From Parachlamydiales bacterium (GTDB lineage Bacteria > Chlamydiota > Chlamydiia > Chlamydiales > SM23-39): a DNA stretch of 64,000 bases. The stretch's first letter is position 1. Each line of letters opens with the position of its first letter. The DNA is taken from NCBI GenBank assembly GCA_050302075.1, contig JBNLAH010000003.1, forward strand, positions 160,001-224,000. The letters run 5' to 3'. Under the pieces are notes generated by a model. The model was not told where the DNA came from and did no database searches. It worked only from the letters and a program-made list of their open reading frames with translations. This document shows, in pieces, positions 18,797 to 28,970 of the stretch. The position numbers and the translations under genes were made by a program.

Positions 18797-19757
18797 GAAA
18801 GTTTTAGCTTCCTTTCTTAAAACTAAAAGTGATTTTTCAATCTCAAATTTAAAAGGAGGGGGAAACAATCAAGTTTTTTTAGTAAAGCATCTAAACAAGA
18901 ATTATGTAATAAAAAGTTATTTTCCAAATCTAGGAAACCAACATTCTAGAATAGCTTCAGAATACTGCTTTCTAGAGCATGCGTGGAAGCTTGGCATCCG
19001 CAATATCCCAGAACCATTAGCTAAGTTTAAAGAAGATAACATTGCAATTTATAGTTATATCAAAGGAAGGGTTCCTAAGCAAAAAGATGTGGAGATAAAT
19101 GAAGCTATAAAATTCTTATTAGAGTTAAACACTGACCGAGATTCGGTTAAGCTCCCTTATGCAGCTGAGAGCTGCTTTTGTTTTCAGGATTATATAGATA
19201 CAGTAGACAAGAAATTTTCTGGACTTTTTGCATCTGCAAAAGAAAATCAGTTACTTGAGTTTTTAAAAGGGTCGTTTCAGCCGAAGTGGAATAAAATCAA
19301 ATCTAATTTTTCTAAAAAGTATAAAGATAGTCTTAAAGAGTTATTTCCAATCGATGAGACATTTGTTACTCCATCTGATTTTGGATTCCACAACGCAATT
19401 ATTAAAAATGGCAGAACTTATTTCATTGATTTTGAATATGCAGGAATTGATGATATGGTCAAAACAATCTGTGATTTTTTCTGCCAGCCAAAATACCCTG
19501 TATCTATAAAACATCTTTCAAAATTCACTTCTAGCTTATTAGGGCTTGTAAAAGATCCAGTTCATCTTGTTTGGCGAATCCATGAGTTGATGCCAATATG
19601 TCAAATGAAGTGGTGCTGCATCATTTTGAACATTTTTCTAAAAGAAGGAAAAAAAAGGAGAGAGTTTTCTTTATCCGATTGGGAAGAGAGCTCTCAGTTT
19701 AATAAAGGAGTTGAATATTTTAATAACATACAAGAGGAGTTTTTATGGCCTATATAG
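18753..19757 (+). CDS. aminoglycoside phosphotransferase/choline kinase-like kinase
   Basis: GGGNN loop, VIK, PSDFGFHN, FIDFEYAG; exact start uncertain. Confidence 0.75.
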   Translation: MKLKSFSNYNLKAIEKVLASFLKTKSDFSISNLKGGGNNQVFLVKHLNKNYVIKSYFPNLGNQHSRIASEYCFLEHAWKLGIRNIPEPLAKFKEDNIAIYSYIKGRVPKQKDVEINEAIKFLLELNTDRDSVKLPYAAESCFCFQDYIDTVDKKFSGLFASAKENQLLEFLKGSFQPKWNKIKSNFSKKYKDSLKELFPIDETFVTPSDFGFHNAIIKNGRTYFIDFEYAGIDDMVKTICDFFCQPKYPVSIKHLSKFTSSLLGLVKDPVHLVWRIHELMPICQMKWCCIILNIFLKEGKKRREFSLSDWEESSQFNKGVEYFNNIQEEFLWPI

Positions 19758-20407
19758 ATTTTATCACACAAAACCACACCAAAACTAAAAGAAACTACCT
19801 AGATCGCGTAAACGAGGCTTCAAAAGCAGAAGTTGCAACGATAGCCTCTAAATTCGATAAGGAATATTGGGATGGTGAGCGTAAATATGGCTATGGGGGA
19901 TATCAATATGATGGCAGGTGGCAAAAGGTTGCTCAAAAGCTCATAGATCATTACAAACTAAAGCCTGGTGACAAAGTTTTGGATATAGGTTGTGGCAAAG
20001 GCTTTTTGTTATATGATCTAAGCATTGCAGTTCCTGGCATTGAAGTTGTTGGAATTGATATATCATCATATGCGATCGAGCATGCCAAAGAAGAAATCAA
20101 GGACAAATTAATCGTAGGCAATGCAACTTCTCTCCCATTTGAGGATAATGAATTTGATCTTGTTATTTCACTAAACACACTGCACAATCTTCCTTGTCAC
20201 ATGCTTGAAAAAGCACTAAAAGAAATGCAAAGGGTAGGCAAGAAAAACAAATACTTAGTTGTTGAGTCATATCGAAACGAAGAAGAAAAAGTAAATCTTT
20301 TATATTGGCAATTAACATGCCAGTCATTTTTCTCACCTGATGAGTGGCAGTGGTGGTTCAAGCATTGTAATTACACTGGAGATCATTGTTTTATTTATTT
20401 TGAGTGA
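19745..20407 (+). CDS. class I SAM-dependent methyltransferase
   Basis: YWDG..YGYGGY, VLDIGCGKG, GIDIS, FDLVIS. Confidence 0.85.
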   Translation: MAYIDFITQNHTKTKRNYLDRVNEASKAEVATIASKFDKEYWDGERKYGYGGYQYDGRWQKVAQKLIDHYKLKPGDKVLDIGCGKGFLLYDLSIAVPGIEVVGIDISSYAIEHAKEEIKDKLIVGNATSLPFEDNEFDLVISLNTLHNLPCHMLEKALKEMQRVGKKNKYLVVESYRNEEEKVNLLYWQLTCQSFFSPDEWQWWFKHCNYTGDHCFIYFE

Positions 20408-21068
20408 TTTTCTTTGTCCCGACCACAATCAAGTAGTGGGCTAGTTCGTAAAAACCGGTGTGAACTAGCTCATCATTTGCAGAAAATAAGAAAACAAACT
20501 CAAAGTGATTTTCCATCTCAGCAATTAGTCTATTCGGTGAATAAATATTTACATGACCTTTTTTAGAAACATCTGAAGCATATTCTTGGCTAATTTTGCT
20601 TGGAGTCCCAATAACTGCCAATCCAGTATCAGTCAAAGCACCTTTTATGCTGTCAAAAAAATTTGCTACATTTTCAGGATAGATATGTTCAATCACATCG
20701 AAGTTAACAACAGCATCATATTGGGCATTTTCTCGCTGAATAAGCGCATCTTTCACTTCAAATGACACATTAGACTCTGGAAAGTTTTTATTGGCAATTT
20801 CAATAGCTTCTTCATCAAAATCAATTCCTTTTGCATAACCACATTCTTTTGCTAATACATATGTACCAATTCCTTCATTGCATCCGATATCTAATACTTT
20901 TTTATCTTCGCCGATTAATTTTGCAGCAAATTTGTAATAAGATAGGCTGTGTAGCATTCTCCTAGGTGTCTTATAAAACCAGTAAGAAGCATATTTACCA
21001 AGCTCTATTTCTTTTTTTCCTTTCATTAGATCTAAAACAGGGTTCCATTTGGATTTTGTTTCTTTCAT
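20391..21068 (-). CDS. class I SAM-dependent methyltransferase
   Basis: YKFAAK, VLDIGCNEG, DVIEHI, GTP; paralogue of 21074..21727. Confidence 0.85.
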   Translation of the reverse strand: MKETKSKWNPVLDLMKGKKEIELGKYASYWFYKTPRRMLHSLSYYKFAAKLIGEDKKVLDIGCNEGIGTYVLAKECGYAKGIDFDEEAIEIANKNFPESNVSFEVKDALIQRENAQYDAVVNFDVIEHIYPENVANFFDSIKGALTDTGLAVIGTPSKISQEYASDVSKKGHVNIYSPNRLIAEMENHFEFVFLFSANDELVHTGFYELAHYLIVVGTKKITQNK

Positions 21069-21073
21069 TGATT

Positions 21074-21727
21074 TTATCCTTTTTTATGAAATGCAACACA
21101 GATTATAAAGTGGGCCATAGAAGCGAATCCTGTATGGACAGTCTCATCATTCATTCCAAACGGGAATACTTGATGAAAATATTTTTTAAGGCTGTTTTTA
21201 AGACGCTCTTGTGAATAAAGATTGATATGACCTAGTTTGCTAGCCTCTGATGCATATTTGTCGGCTGTAATGTTAGGAGTTCCGATTACACAAATGCCAT
21301 TCTCACTTAAATTTTTTAAAATTGTCTCAAAAAACTGTTCTTCGAACTTGGGATCGATATGCTCAATCACATCCATGTTTACAATTGCCTCAAATGAGCC
21401 ATATTGTTTCCCCATGAAATCGTCATAGATAAAGTTTAAATTAGGTAAATTTTGCTTTGCGGTTTCTATTGCCGAATTATCAAGATCAACTCCTGTATAG
21501 CTCTTGGCTGTTTCAGCTAAAATAGTAGCTCCTATGCCTTCACTGCAACCTAGCTCTAATATATTGGCATCTTTACAGGCCATCTTGGCGGCAAACTTAT
21601 ATCTCGATAGGACAAAGCCTAAGCGTTTTGGGTCATTTCGGAAGTTATAACTCCAATGTCTTCCAAATGCTACTTTTTCATTTCCAAGTAAACTGGTGGT
21701 CTCATCCCACAGGTTTTTTTCTTTCAT
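21074..21727 (-). CDS. class I SAM-dependent methyltransferase
   Basis: RYKFAAK, ILELGCSEG, DVIEHI, GTPN. Confidence 0.85.
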   Translation of the reverse strand: MKEKNLWDETTSLLGNEKVAFGRHWSYNFRNDPKRLGFVLSRYKFAAKMACKDANILELGCSEGIGATILAETAKSYTGVDLDNSAIETAKQNLPNLNFIYDDFMGKQYGSFEAIVNMDVIEHIDPKFEEQFFETILKNLSENGICVIGTPNITADKYASEASKLGHINLYSQERLKNSLKKYFHQVFPFGMNDETVHTGFASMAHFIICVAFHKKG

Positions 21728-22577
21728 AATTTTTTAATAGTTTTTCAATGTTATCCTTAAGAGAGGAAAATTTTTTTAAATTGAGTCTAACTGACTCCAT
21801 AGTGGTATTAAAAGGTCTTTGAAAATTTTCTCCAAGGTTTTTTAAAGAAATTTTATGAATTAATGATTTGTTAAAGTTGAACTTACTTGCAATAAGATCT
21901 GCTATGGTATCTCTTGGAAATGCTTCTGGTCCACATAGATTGAACAATCCAGTTAGTCTTTCTTTTTGAATATGAACAATCGCCTTGAAAACATCCTTTA
22001 GATGAATAGGGCAAAAAATCTGATCTGTGGCTACCTTTACTGATTTGTTTAGCATAAATAAATCAATTATTTCAGATATAAAACTTCCTTTGTCCCCATA
22101 AACCTTGCTTAATCTTAAGATGATGCATTTGTCAGAAAAGTCTCTTAAAATCTTTTCTTCCAAGAGCTGTTTTTGTTTTCCATATTCATTTACAGCTTTT
22201 GTCTTTGATAGTTCGGTATAGTTTCCCTCCACACCATCAAAAACATAGTCTGATGAAAAGACAATTGGAATTATTTCCAATTTAACTAAATGCTCTACCA
22301 ATTTGTAAGTTTGTTGAACATTTACAAACTCAGTACCCACCGGATCGCTTTCACATTTAGATATTTTGGTTATACCAACACAAACTATTCCGTATTTAGC
22401 TCTTAAATCAAACTCCCATGAAGTCGAGTCGATAAGGTCAAAAGTAGGCGACGAATGTCTATTAAATCCAATAGTTGACTCATCTATCAGCTTATAGCAA
22501 TCTAAAAGATAAGAGCCGATATAGCCATTTGAGCCAAAGATTATTGTCTTTGGAATTTCATCATTCTTTATGTACAT
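21702..22577 (-). CDS. RmlD-like NDP-4-keto-sugar reductase
   Basis: GSNGYIG, SSDYVFDG, YGKQK, DQIFCP, RP. Confidence 0.8.
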   Translation of the reverse strand: MYIKNDEIPKTIIFGSNGYIGSYLLDCYKLIDESTIGFNRHSSPTFDLIDSTSWEFDLRAKYGIVCVGITKISKCESDPVGTEFVNVQQTYKLVEHLVKLEIIPIVFSSDYVFDGVEGNYTELSKTKAVNEYGKQKQLLEEKILRDFSDKCIILRLSKVYGDKGSFISEIIDLFMLNKSVKVATDQIFCPIHLKDVFKAIVHIQKERLTGLFNLCGPEAFPRDTIADLIASKFNFNKSLIHKISLKNLGENFQRPFNTTMESVRLNLKKFSSLKDNIEKLLKNYERKKPVG

Positions 22578-23550
22578 ATTCTAACGGCTCATTTTGGATC
22601 TTTTGGAAGTTCTCTTCTATCCATGTGATTACACTTTGAACTCCGTCTTTGAAAGATATTTGAGCTTTCCAATTGAGTTCATTTCTAATTTTTGAAGAGT
22701 CAATTACATAAGCCTTATCTTGACCTAGTCTTTCCTCTACGATATTTACAGCATTTCTAAAAGGAATATTCAACCTGTCACAGATGTTCGTAACGACCTC
22801 TTTGACGGATATCCCGCTATCTGGAGATATGTGATAAATATCTCCAATTGTACCTTTCTCCATTACTAATAGCTCACCGTTTGAGACATCTCTTATATGA
22901 ATGTATGACTTGACTGCATTCCCTCCACCATGAAGAGGAATCAATCTATTTTGCTTAATGTATATGACTGACCTTGGGATTATTTTAAATAGCTGTTGAT
23001 GCGCCCCATATACATTAGTGGCTCTTATCATTACCATTGGGAAATTAAAGTTTTTATAAAAGGTAAATAGAGAAAGATCACCGGCTGCTTTTGATGCTGC
23101 ATATGGTGTTGTTGGGTTTACAGGATGATTTTCCTTTACTGTTCCAATGCATGTACCATAAACCTCTGGTGAAGAGATGTGCACATATTTTTTTAGATAC
23201 TTTTTATCTTTAAGCATATTTACCAATTTTGTCAGTGCGACAACATTAGTCTGGTACCAATGATGTGGATTATCCCATGAAGGAGCAACTTCACTCTGGG
23301 CAGCAAAATTAACAATATAATCCGGTTTAAATTCATCTAGCCTACCTTCAAGTTTTTCTATCGAATTGTTTAAATCACATTGGAAAAAGGAATAGTTTCT
23401 TAAATCTTTTTTCTTATATGGAAGAAAAAGTTCTTCTTTTTCTTTTGATCTGCTCACACCTAAGACTTCATAATTTTCAAGACTTAGTAATAAATCAATG
23501 AAATCGCTACCTGAAAATGAATTACTACCTATTACTACTACTTTTTTCAT
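22561..23550 (-). CDS. NDP-sugar 4,6-dehydratase/epimerase (RmlB/Gmd-like SDR)
   Basis: GSNSFSG, FAAQSEV, SSPEVYG, PYAASK, NVYG. Start at ATG 23550 after GAGGA. Confidence 0.8.
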   Translation of the reverse strand: MKKVVVIGSNSFSGSDFIDLLLSLENYEVLGVSRSKEKEELFLPYKKKDLRNYSFFQCDLNNSIEKLEGRLDEFKPDYIVNFAAQSEVAPSWDNPHHWYQTNVVALTKLVNMLKDKKYLKKYVHISSPEVYGTCIGTVKENHPVNPTTPYAASKAAGDLSLFTFYKNFNFPMVMIRATNVYGAHQQLFKIIPRSVIYIKQNRLIPLHGGGNAVKSYIHIRDVSNGELLVMEKGTIGDIYHISPDSGISVKEVVTNICDRLNIPFRNAVNIVEERLGQDKAYVIDSSKIRNELNWKAQISFKDGVQSVITWIEENFQKIQNEPLEYVHKE

Positions 23551-23563
23551 AAATATCCTCATA

Positions 23564-23585
23564 AATGTAAAGCGAGGTTTACATT
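23564..23585. repeat. variant palindrome AATGTAAA-GCGAGG-TTTACATT (copy 3)
   Basis: Same ATGTAAA/TTTACAT arms as copies 1 and 2, located between a stop codon and the next RBS. Confidence 0.55.
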
Positions 23586-25110
23586 ACTTCATTAATCTGA
23601 TTAAAAATTTCAACAATGCAGTTTTCTTTACAGGCTCTCTATTCCCGACTATTTGAATATCTAATGCTGCGGCAATTGAGCCTAAAAATGCTGATAAAGT
23701 TAAATCTTTTGTTTTTGCCAAAGATAACGCTGAGATAGCCAAAAAACTATCTCCTGCTCCTACTCGATCAATAGAGCTAGAATTCAAAGCTGGAATAGTA
23801 CTTGAAGTACCTTCCTTATCTAGGCATAAGACTCCTTCAACTCCTCTTGTAATTGAGATTGAATTTGAGCCAAGTTTTTGTTTTAGATTTTCGGCAATTA
23901 TTTTTATATCGCTTTTTCTGTCCTGGGCTGCAAGTCTTGCTTCAGGCTCATTTAAAGAAATATAATCTGCTTTTTTATAGTGAGTTACTACATTAAACCC
24001 TCTATTGCCACTATTGCTTTGAGTATTTAAAGCTAAAAAAGTTGGCTGATTTGAAATTACTTCAGTTAAATTAGGATTTATAAATCCATTCCCAAAATCG
24101 CATACAACTATAAGGTCATATTCATCTGACCTTTTATTTAAAAAATCAGTCACTTTTTCTGACTCGCTATCATCTAAAATATTTTCATTTGAAGAATAGG
24201 TCTCGAATAACTTTGAAATTGAATTTCCGTCTTTCAAAACATAGCGCTTTTTGGTAAGTGTTGTATCTTTATTTGATAAGAAGAAATTCTTTTTGATACT
24301 AGAATTTAAAGTAGAGTTAATGAAGTCTCGTCTTGAGCAATTATTTCCGATGGCAGTAAGTATAGTTACATTATCAGAAAACTCTGCCAAATGATTGGCA
24401 ACAATCAAAGACCCTCCCAAAAAAACTTCGCAGTCAATGTTTTTTGCTACCATATGAAGGCCTTTTCCAGATTGTCCTAAAGGTTCAACATATTGGTATT
24501 CATCGATAATAGCATCACCAATTACTAAGACCTTTAACTTTGAAAAGTCTTCTATTTTTTGAATGATTTCATCACAGCTGTATTTTTCTTTAATCTTTTT
24601 AATAACTTGTTGAAGTCCAATTGGCAACGGGTCGAAAAACTTATTAATGAGGGTAGACGAGCTGAATACAATGTCATTTGTATAATAAACCTTACCATTA
24701 AATTTCTCTACTTCTCTTGTTTCATCTGAAATCTTTCCTGTCACATCTTTTTCATGCTTAGCATATTCTTTTCCCTTAACATAAACATCTGGGCGAACTT
24801 TAGATATGCAGCTGACAGCATCTGGGCTATCATTTAAAACCACGTAATCTACTAGATCCAAAGATGCTAGACATTCTAGCCTTAGTTGCTCATTAAAAAT
24901 AGGCCTTCCGGGGCCTTTATTCACATACTTATCAGGTGTAATTGAAACTACGAGAAGATTTCCTTGTTTTTTTGCTTCTTGGAAGTGTCTTATATGTCCT
25001 GGGTGAAGGAGATCAAAAACACCGTGACATTGAACTATCTTTTTTCCTGATTTTTTTTCTTCTTCAATTACTTCATATATTTCATTTAAGCTGATTACTT
25101 TCTGTAGCAA
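23584..25110 (-). CDS. bifunctional nucleotidyltransferase/PfkB sugar kinase (HldE/RfaE-like, transferase domain first)
   Basis: HGVFDLLHPGH, KGPGRP, KGKEY, SSS, then GDAIIDEY, DFGNG, NEPEA, DRVGAGD. Confidence 0.85.
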   Translation of the reverse strand: MLQKVISLNEIYEVIEEEKKSGKKIVQCHGVFDLLHPGHIRHFQEAKKQGNLLVVSITPDKYVNKGPGRPIFNEQLRLECLASLDLVDYVVLNDSPDAVSCISKVRPDVYVKGKEYAKHEKDVTGKISDETREVEKFNGKVYYTNDIVFSSSTLINKFFDPLPIGLQQVIKKIKEKYSCDEIIQKIEDFSKLKVLVIGDAIIDEYQYVEPLGQSGKGLHMVAKNIDCEVFLGGSLIVANHLAEFSDNVTILTAIGNNCSRRDFINSTLNSSIKKNFFLSNKDTTLTKKRYVLKDGNSISKLFETYSSNENILDDSESEKVTDFLNKRSDEYDLIVVCDFGNGFINPNLTEVISNQPTFLALNTQSNSGNRGFNVVTHYKKADYISLNEPEARLAAQDRKSDIKIIAENLKQKLGSNSISITRGVEGVLCLDKEGTSSTIPALNSSSIDRVGAGDSFLAISALSLAKTKDLTLSAFLGSIAAALDIQIVGNREPVKKTALLKFLIRLMK

Positions 25111-25699
25111 TGTTATCCCTTTTTAAATTATTAAATAAAAATTTATTACTTTTCCAAACGTCTACAATTGTATGTAATAAAAAAAAATGACCTGTTTCAA
25201 CCAAACCATAGTCAGAAACATTTAACCAAAAGTTCAAATCACCCATCTTTTTCAAGGGGTTAGTCGGAAGAAAGCCACTCAAGGTAATTATTTTACTGGA
25301 TTTACTTTTAGCAACCTCTACTGCATTAATAATGTTGGACGAATTGCCAGAACTACTGATTGCAATTAAAAGATCTCTTGATGTGATTAATGTTTTAAGG
25401 GGAGTTGAAAAAACATGTTCATAACCGTAGTCATTACTAATACAGGTCATGATATTCGAATCAAACAATGTATTAGAGGGAACTTGACAAGCATTTAAAA
25501 AGTCTATCGAAAAATGAGAAGCAATGCCTGCACTTCCTCCATTTCCAATTAGATATGCAATTCCTTGATTTTTTTTTACATTGAGCAACAAAGAATGAAA
25601 AATACGAATTGCTTGTGAATCGGAAATTATCTCATCTGAAGTACTATATTCACAGCATTCAATAAACTTCTGAAGCTCATTTATTCTTTCTAAAAACAT
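25082..25699 (-). CDS. SIS-domain phosphosugar isomerase (GmhA-like)
   Basis: GNGGSA, SNDYGY, ISSSGNS, ETGH. Confidence 0.85.
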   Translation of the reverse strand: MFLERINELQKFIECCEYSTSDEIISDSQAIRIFHSLLLNVKKNQGIAYLIGNGGSAGIASHFSIDFLNACQVPSNTLFDSNIMTCISNDYGYEHVFSTPLKTLITSRDLLIAISSSGNSSNIINAVEVAKSKSSKIITLSGFLPTNPLKKMGDLNFWLNVSDYGLVETGHFFLLHTIVDVWKSNKFLFNNLKRDNIATESNQLK

Positions 25700-25700
25700 A

Positions 25701-26684
25701 TTACTTTAAGTATTTGAACCAGTTTTTTGTAGCAATGTTAATACTTTCAGGATCCCATACCGGAGCATCTTTAAAATCATCTATTTTATTAATCAGTTTA
25801 TTTACTCCTTCTTTCAAGGAGACTTTAGCTGACCAGCTAAGCTTTTTTTGGATTTTGTTTATATCTGCGAAAGTACAGTCCGGTTCACCTGGTCTTTTAG
25901 GTATAAAAACTTTATCACCTTGCAGTAGGTCAATAATTTCATTTACGCTGTAGTGACCTCCACTGCCAACATTCATGATCTGTTGATTTATATCAGACAT
26001 CGCTGCTACATAGAATGCATCTGCTACATCGGTCACAAATGTGAAGTCCCTAGTTTGGTTACCATCACCCACAACAGTAAATGGTCTTTTGTTTAATTTC
26101 TGGGCTAAAAAAACTCCGAATACGGCCCCATATGCTCCAGTCGTTCGAGCCCTTGGTCCATAAACATTAAAAAGCCTCAAAGATATAACAGGCATCTTAT
26201 AAACTTGTCCCCAATGCATTACTAACTCTTCACCTAAAAGTTTAGTTAAGGCGTATGGATATTGAGGTGAAGTAGCTGTAGTTTCTGGAGTTGGATAAAC
26301 ATTTGGAACCCCATAGCATGATGATGACGCTGCATAAACCAGCTTTTTGATTGAATACTTTTTTGTAGCCTCTAAAACGTTGTATGTTCCATTAACATTT
26401 GTTTCGAAGTAGCTTTTTGGGTTCTCAATTGATGGTACAATATCAGCCAAAGCTGCTAAATGAAAAACATAATCAGCACCTTTAAAGTGAGACTCAATTT
26501 CAGAAAAAAACCTTACATCTGCTTTAACAAAGGTAAAATTTGGGTTATCTGTAATACTTTTTAAATTAGCCAGTTTACTTCCATACAAGTTATCAATTGC
26601 AAGTACTTGATGGCCTTCTTGAATTAGCTTCTCACAAAGATGACTTCCTATAAAACCTGAACCACCAGTTACAATAGATTTCAT
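25701..26684 (-). CDS. NAD-dependent epimerase/dehydratase
   Basis: GGSGFIG, HLAALADIVPS, ASSSCYG, YALTK, NVYGPR, RDF. Confidence 0.9.
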   Translation of the reverse strand: MKSIVTGGSGFIGSHLCEKLIQEGHQVLAIDNLYGSKLANLKSITDNPNFTFVKADVRFFSEIESHFKGADYVFHLAALADIVPSIENPKSYFETNVNGTYNVLEATKKYSIKKLVYAASSSCYGVPNVYPTPETTATSPQYPYALTKLLGEELVMHWGQVYKMPVISLRLFNVYGPRARTTGAYGAVFGVFLAQKLNKRPFTVVGDGNQTRDFTFVTDVADAFYVAAMSDINQQIMNVGSGGHYSVNEIIDLLQGDKVFIPKRPGEPDCTFADINKIQKKLSWSAKVSLKEGVNKLINKIDDFKDAPVWDPESINIATKNWFKYLK

Positions 26685-27673
26685 TTTAGATTTACCTTTT
26701 GCATCGTTTTAATATTGAAGTAGGTTTCATCACTCAAAGAGTTTGGTAGCATATCTTTTTCAAATGCCTCAACTAAGCTGATAACAGCATCCTCAATTGA
26801 GTATTTAGGGTAGAAATCTATTTTTTTGCCGATCTTCTCGGAAGATATATGATATGACCTTGGATCGTTGGTAGGTACGAATTCAACCGATACCTCCTTT
26901 GTTTTTGAAACAACTTTTCGTACAATTTCAGCTATCTCTTTAACTGTGTGATTGTGATAGCCGACATTAAAAGTTTCTCCTTGAATAGTTTCTTTTGGTG
27001 ATTTTAAAACATATAAATACGAGCGCACCATATCATCAATATGGATATTAGGCCTCATTTGGTCTCCGCCCATTACTTTTATTTTACCAGTATTATAAGC
27101 TAAGTTAGTCAGAATATTTACTACAACATCTAGTCTTTGTCTTGGGGCATACCCACAAACGGTTGCAGGTCTTATTACTGTGCAAATAAAGTTATCATCC
27201 AAATATGAGAATAATATTCTTTCACATTCTGCTTTGAATTTTGAATAATCTGTCAGTGGTCTTAACTCCATACCCTCATGAACACTTGGTTCATCTTTTA
27301 CACCATAAACAGATGATGATGATGCATAGATAAAACGTTTTACCTTTGCCGCCTTTGCCGCCTTTACAAATGGTTCAAATGAATCTAGGTTGATTGACTT
27401 GCCAAGGCTTGGGTCTAATTCAAAGCTTGGATCATTTGAAATACATGCTAGATGAATTACAGCATCACAAAAATGTAAAGCTCGCTTTACAGTTTGAATA
27501 TCTCGAATATCACCTTTAATCTCTGTTAATTTAGGATTACATCTATGACTTTTAAATACTGAATCACCATAAAGGTATAGATCCAAAACGACTACCTCAT
27601 GTCCTTCATCTAAAAGAGCAGGAACTAGTTTTGAGCCGACATATCCAGCACCGCCAGCTACTAAAATTCTCAT
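26681..27673 (-). CDS. NAD-dependent epimerase/dehydratase (SDR)
   Basis: GGAGYVG, HLACISND, SSSSVYG, YSKFK. Start at ATG 27673. Confidence 0.9.
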   Translation of the reverse strand: MRILVAGGAGYVGSKLVPALLDEGHEVVVLDLYLYGDSVFKSHRCNPKLTEIKGDIRDIQTVKRALHFCDAVIHLACISNDPSFELDPSLGKSINLDSFEPFVKAAKAAKVKRFIYASSSSVYGVKDEPSVHEGMELRPLTDYSKFKAECERILFSYLDDNFICTVIRPATVCGYAPRQRLDVVVNILTNLAYNTGKIKVMGGDQMRPNIHIDDMVRSYLYVLKSPKETIQGETFNVGYHNHTVKEIAEIVRKVVSKTKEVSVEFVPTNDPRSYHISSEKIGKKIDFYPKYSIEDAVISLVEAFEKDMLPNSLSDETYFNIKTMQKVNLK

Positions 27674-27832
27674 ATATATACCTATTTTTTGAAGTCCTAT
27701 AAAAAAACTTTTTTGAATTATCCGCAAGATAATTGTTTTTAAAACCTAGAGGTCAGTTTCAAGCTCTAAAAAATGGATTTTTATTGGACGAACAGAAGAA
27801 AAAGTACTTGATGACAAATGAGGATAAAAATT

Positions 27833-27860
27833 TATGCAGGCGTAATTTTGCGCCTGCATA
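27833..27860 (-). terminator. intrinsic terminator hairpin
   Basis: TATGCAGGCG-loop-CGCCTGCATA, 11 bp after the stop of 27872..28843, followed by a T-rich tract on the minus strand. Confidence 0.7.
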
Positions 27861-27871
27861 TTCTTTTAAAT

Positions 27872-28843
27872 TTAGGCCTTAAGCCAAGGTTCAACTTCAG
27901 GACAATTTTCTAGTCTAGCCAATAACGATTCGTTGCTATCTTGTAAGTGTTGATTTCTTACAGCAGCAAATGTAATGCGAGGGGGGCGTTCTTTTGGAAA
28001 AGGCTGCAGTCCTAATTGCTCTCTGATTTCTGACTTAAAATCAACAAAAACTGAACCAACTAATGAATATCTATTGTCTCCTCTAGCTGGAACAATGTAC
28101 GGATCTTTAAATGACAATCCGATTTCGGTATTCAAAAATCCTTCTGGTAACTTCTCAGAATCATACTCCCAACGAAAAGCTAATACTACATGTCCATAAA
28201 TATCAGGTAGTTGCAAATGCCTAGCTCCTTCAGCTGAAAGATGTTTTTCTATCTCAGGTCTATAAGCCTCTAATAATTCTTTTGAGAATCCTTCATCAAT
28301 TTCAGCAATTAAATGGCCTGAGCTTTCATGAATTTTAACTTTACATTTCAGTGAACCATTTGGAAGAATTTTATGAGCCTGTTCACTAGGTAACTTTGTT
28401 ACTACATATGAAGCTGGGAAATGATCGATTTCAGCAATTTTGCTTCCTGTCATTTTCATAGTTTCTCTATCATTTGATTTAACAGCACCAAGTAACTCAT
28501 TTGAGATTTCGTTGATTTTTTCAACAAAAGTTCTAAAACCTGGACTGTTAAAATCCTTATTTTCGTGCAAAGTGACCAAATAGCTAAAAAGTGTTACTAG
28601 CGCTCTAGCGTTGCCTCCAAATTTTTCCTTAGAAAAATGTGAACTTATTTTTTCTTCAGACCTTAATGGAAGGTCTCTTCCATTTGCTTGATCAAATATC
28701 GATAAAGCAAATAATGCCATTTTGTCTTTAGTTGCCTCAACTTCTTCATTATATTCTGCTCCGTCACGCCTGGATTGCACTACAAAGGCATGATTTAACA
28801 TTGGATTGGATATTACTGATTGATTAACACTAGCTGCCGCCAT
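27872..28843 (-). CDS. hypothetical protein, C-terminal degenerate 2H-phosphoesterase-like domain
   Basis: LPDIYGHVVLA ... IREQLGLQPFP..PRITFA; paralogue of 28971..29933. Confidence 0.6.
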   Translation of the reverse strand: MAAASVNQSVISNPMLNHAFVVQSRRDGAEYNEEVEATKDKMALFALSIFDQANGRDLPLRSEEKISSHFSKEKFGGNARALVTLFSYLVTLHENKDFNSPGFRTFVEKINEISNELLGAVKSNDRETMKMTGSKIAEIDHFPASYVVTKLPSEQAHKILPNGSLKCKVKIHESSGHLIAEIDEGFSKELLEAYRPEIEKHLSAEGARHLQLPDIYGHVVLAFRWEYDSEKLPEGFLNTEIGLSFKDPYIVPARGDNRYSLVGSVFVDFKSEIREQLGLQPFPKERPPRITFAAVRNQHLQDSNESLLARLENCPEVEPWLKA

Positions 28844-28970
28844 AGATATACCTTTTGTTTAAAAATTTATTGGGATTTTGGCGGCGGATAATGTTAAATT
28901 TAGAATTTTTAATCAATTATTTTTTTAAGGACTAACTTATTAAGAAAAAGCAGTTATAAATTTAAAAAAA

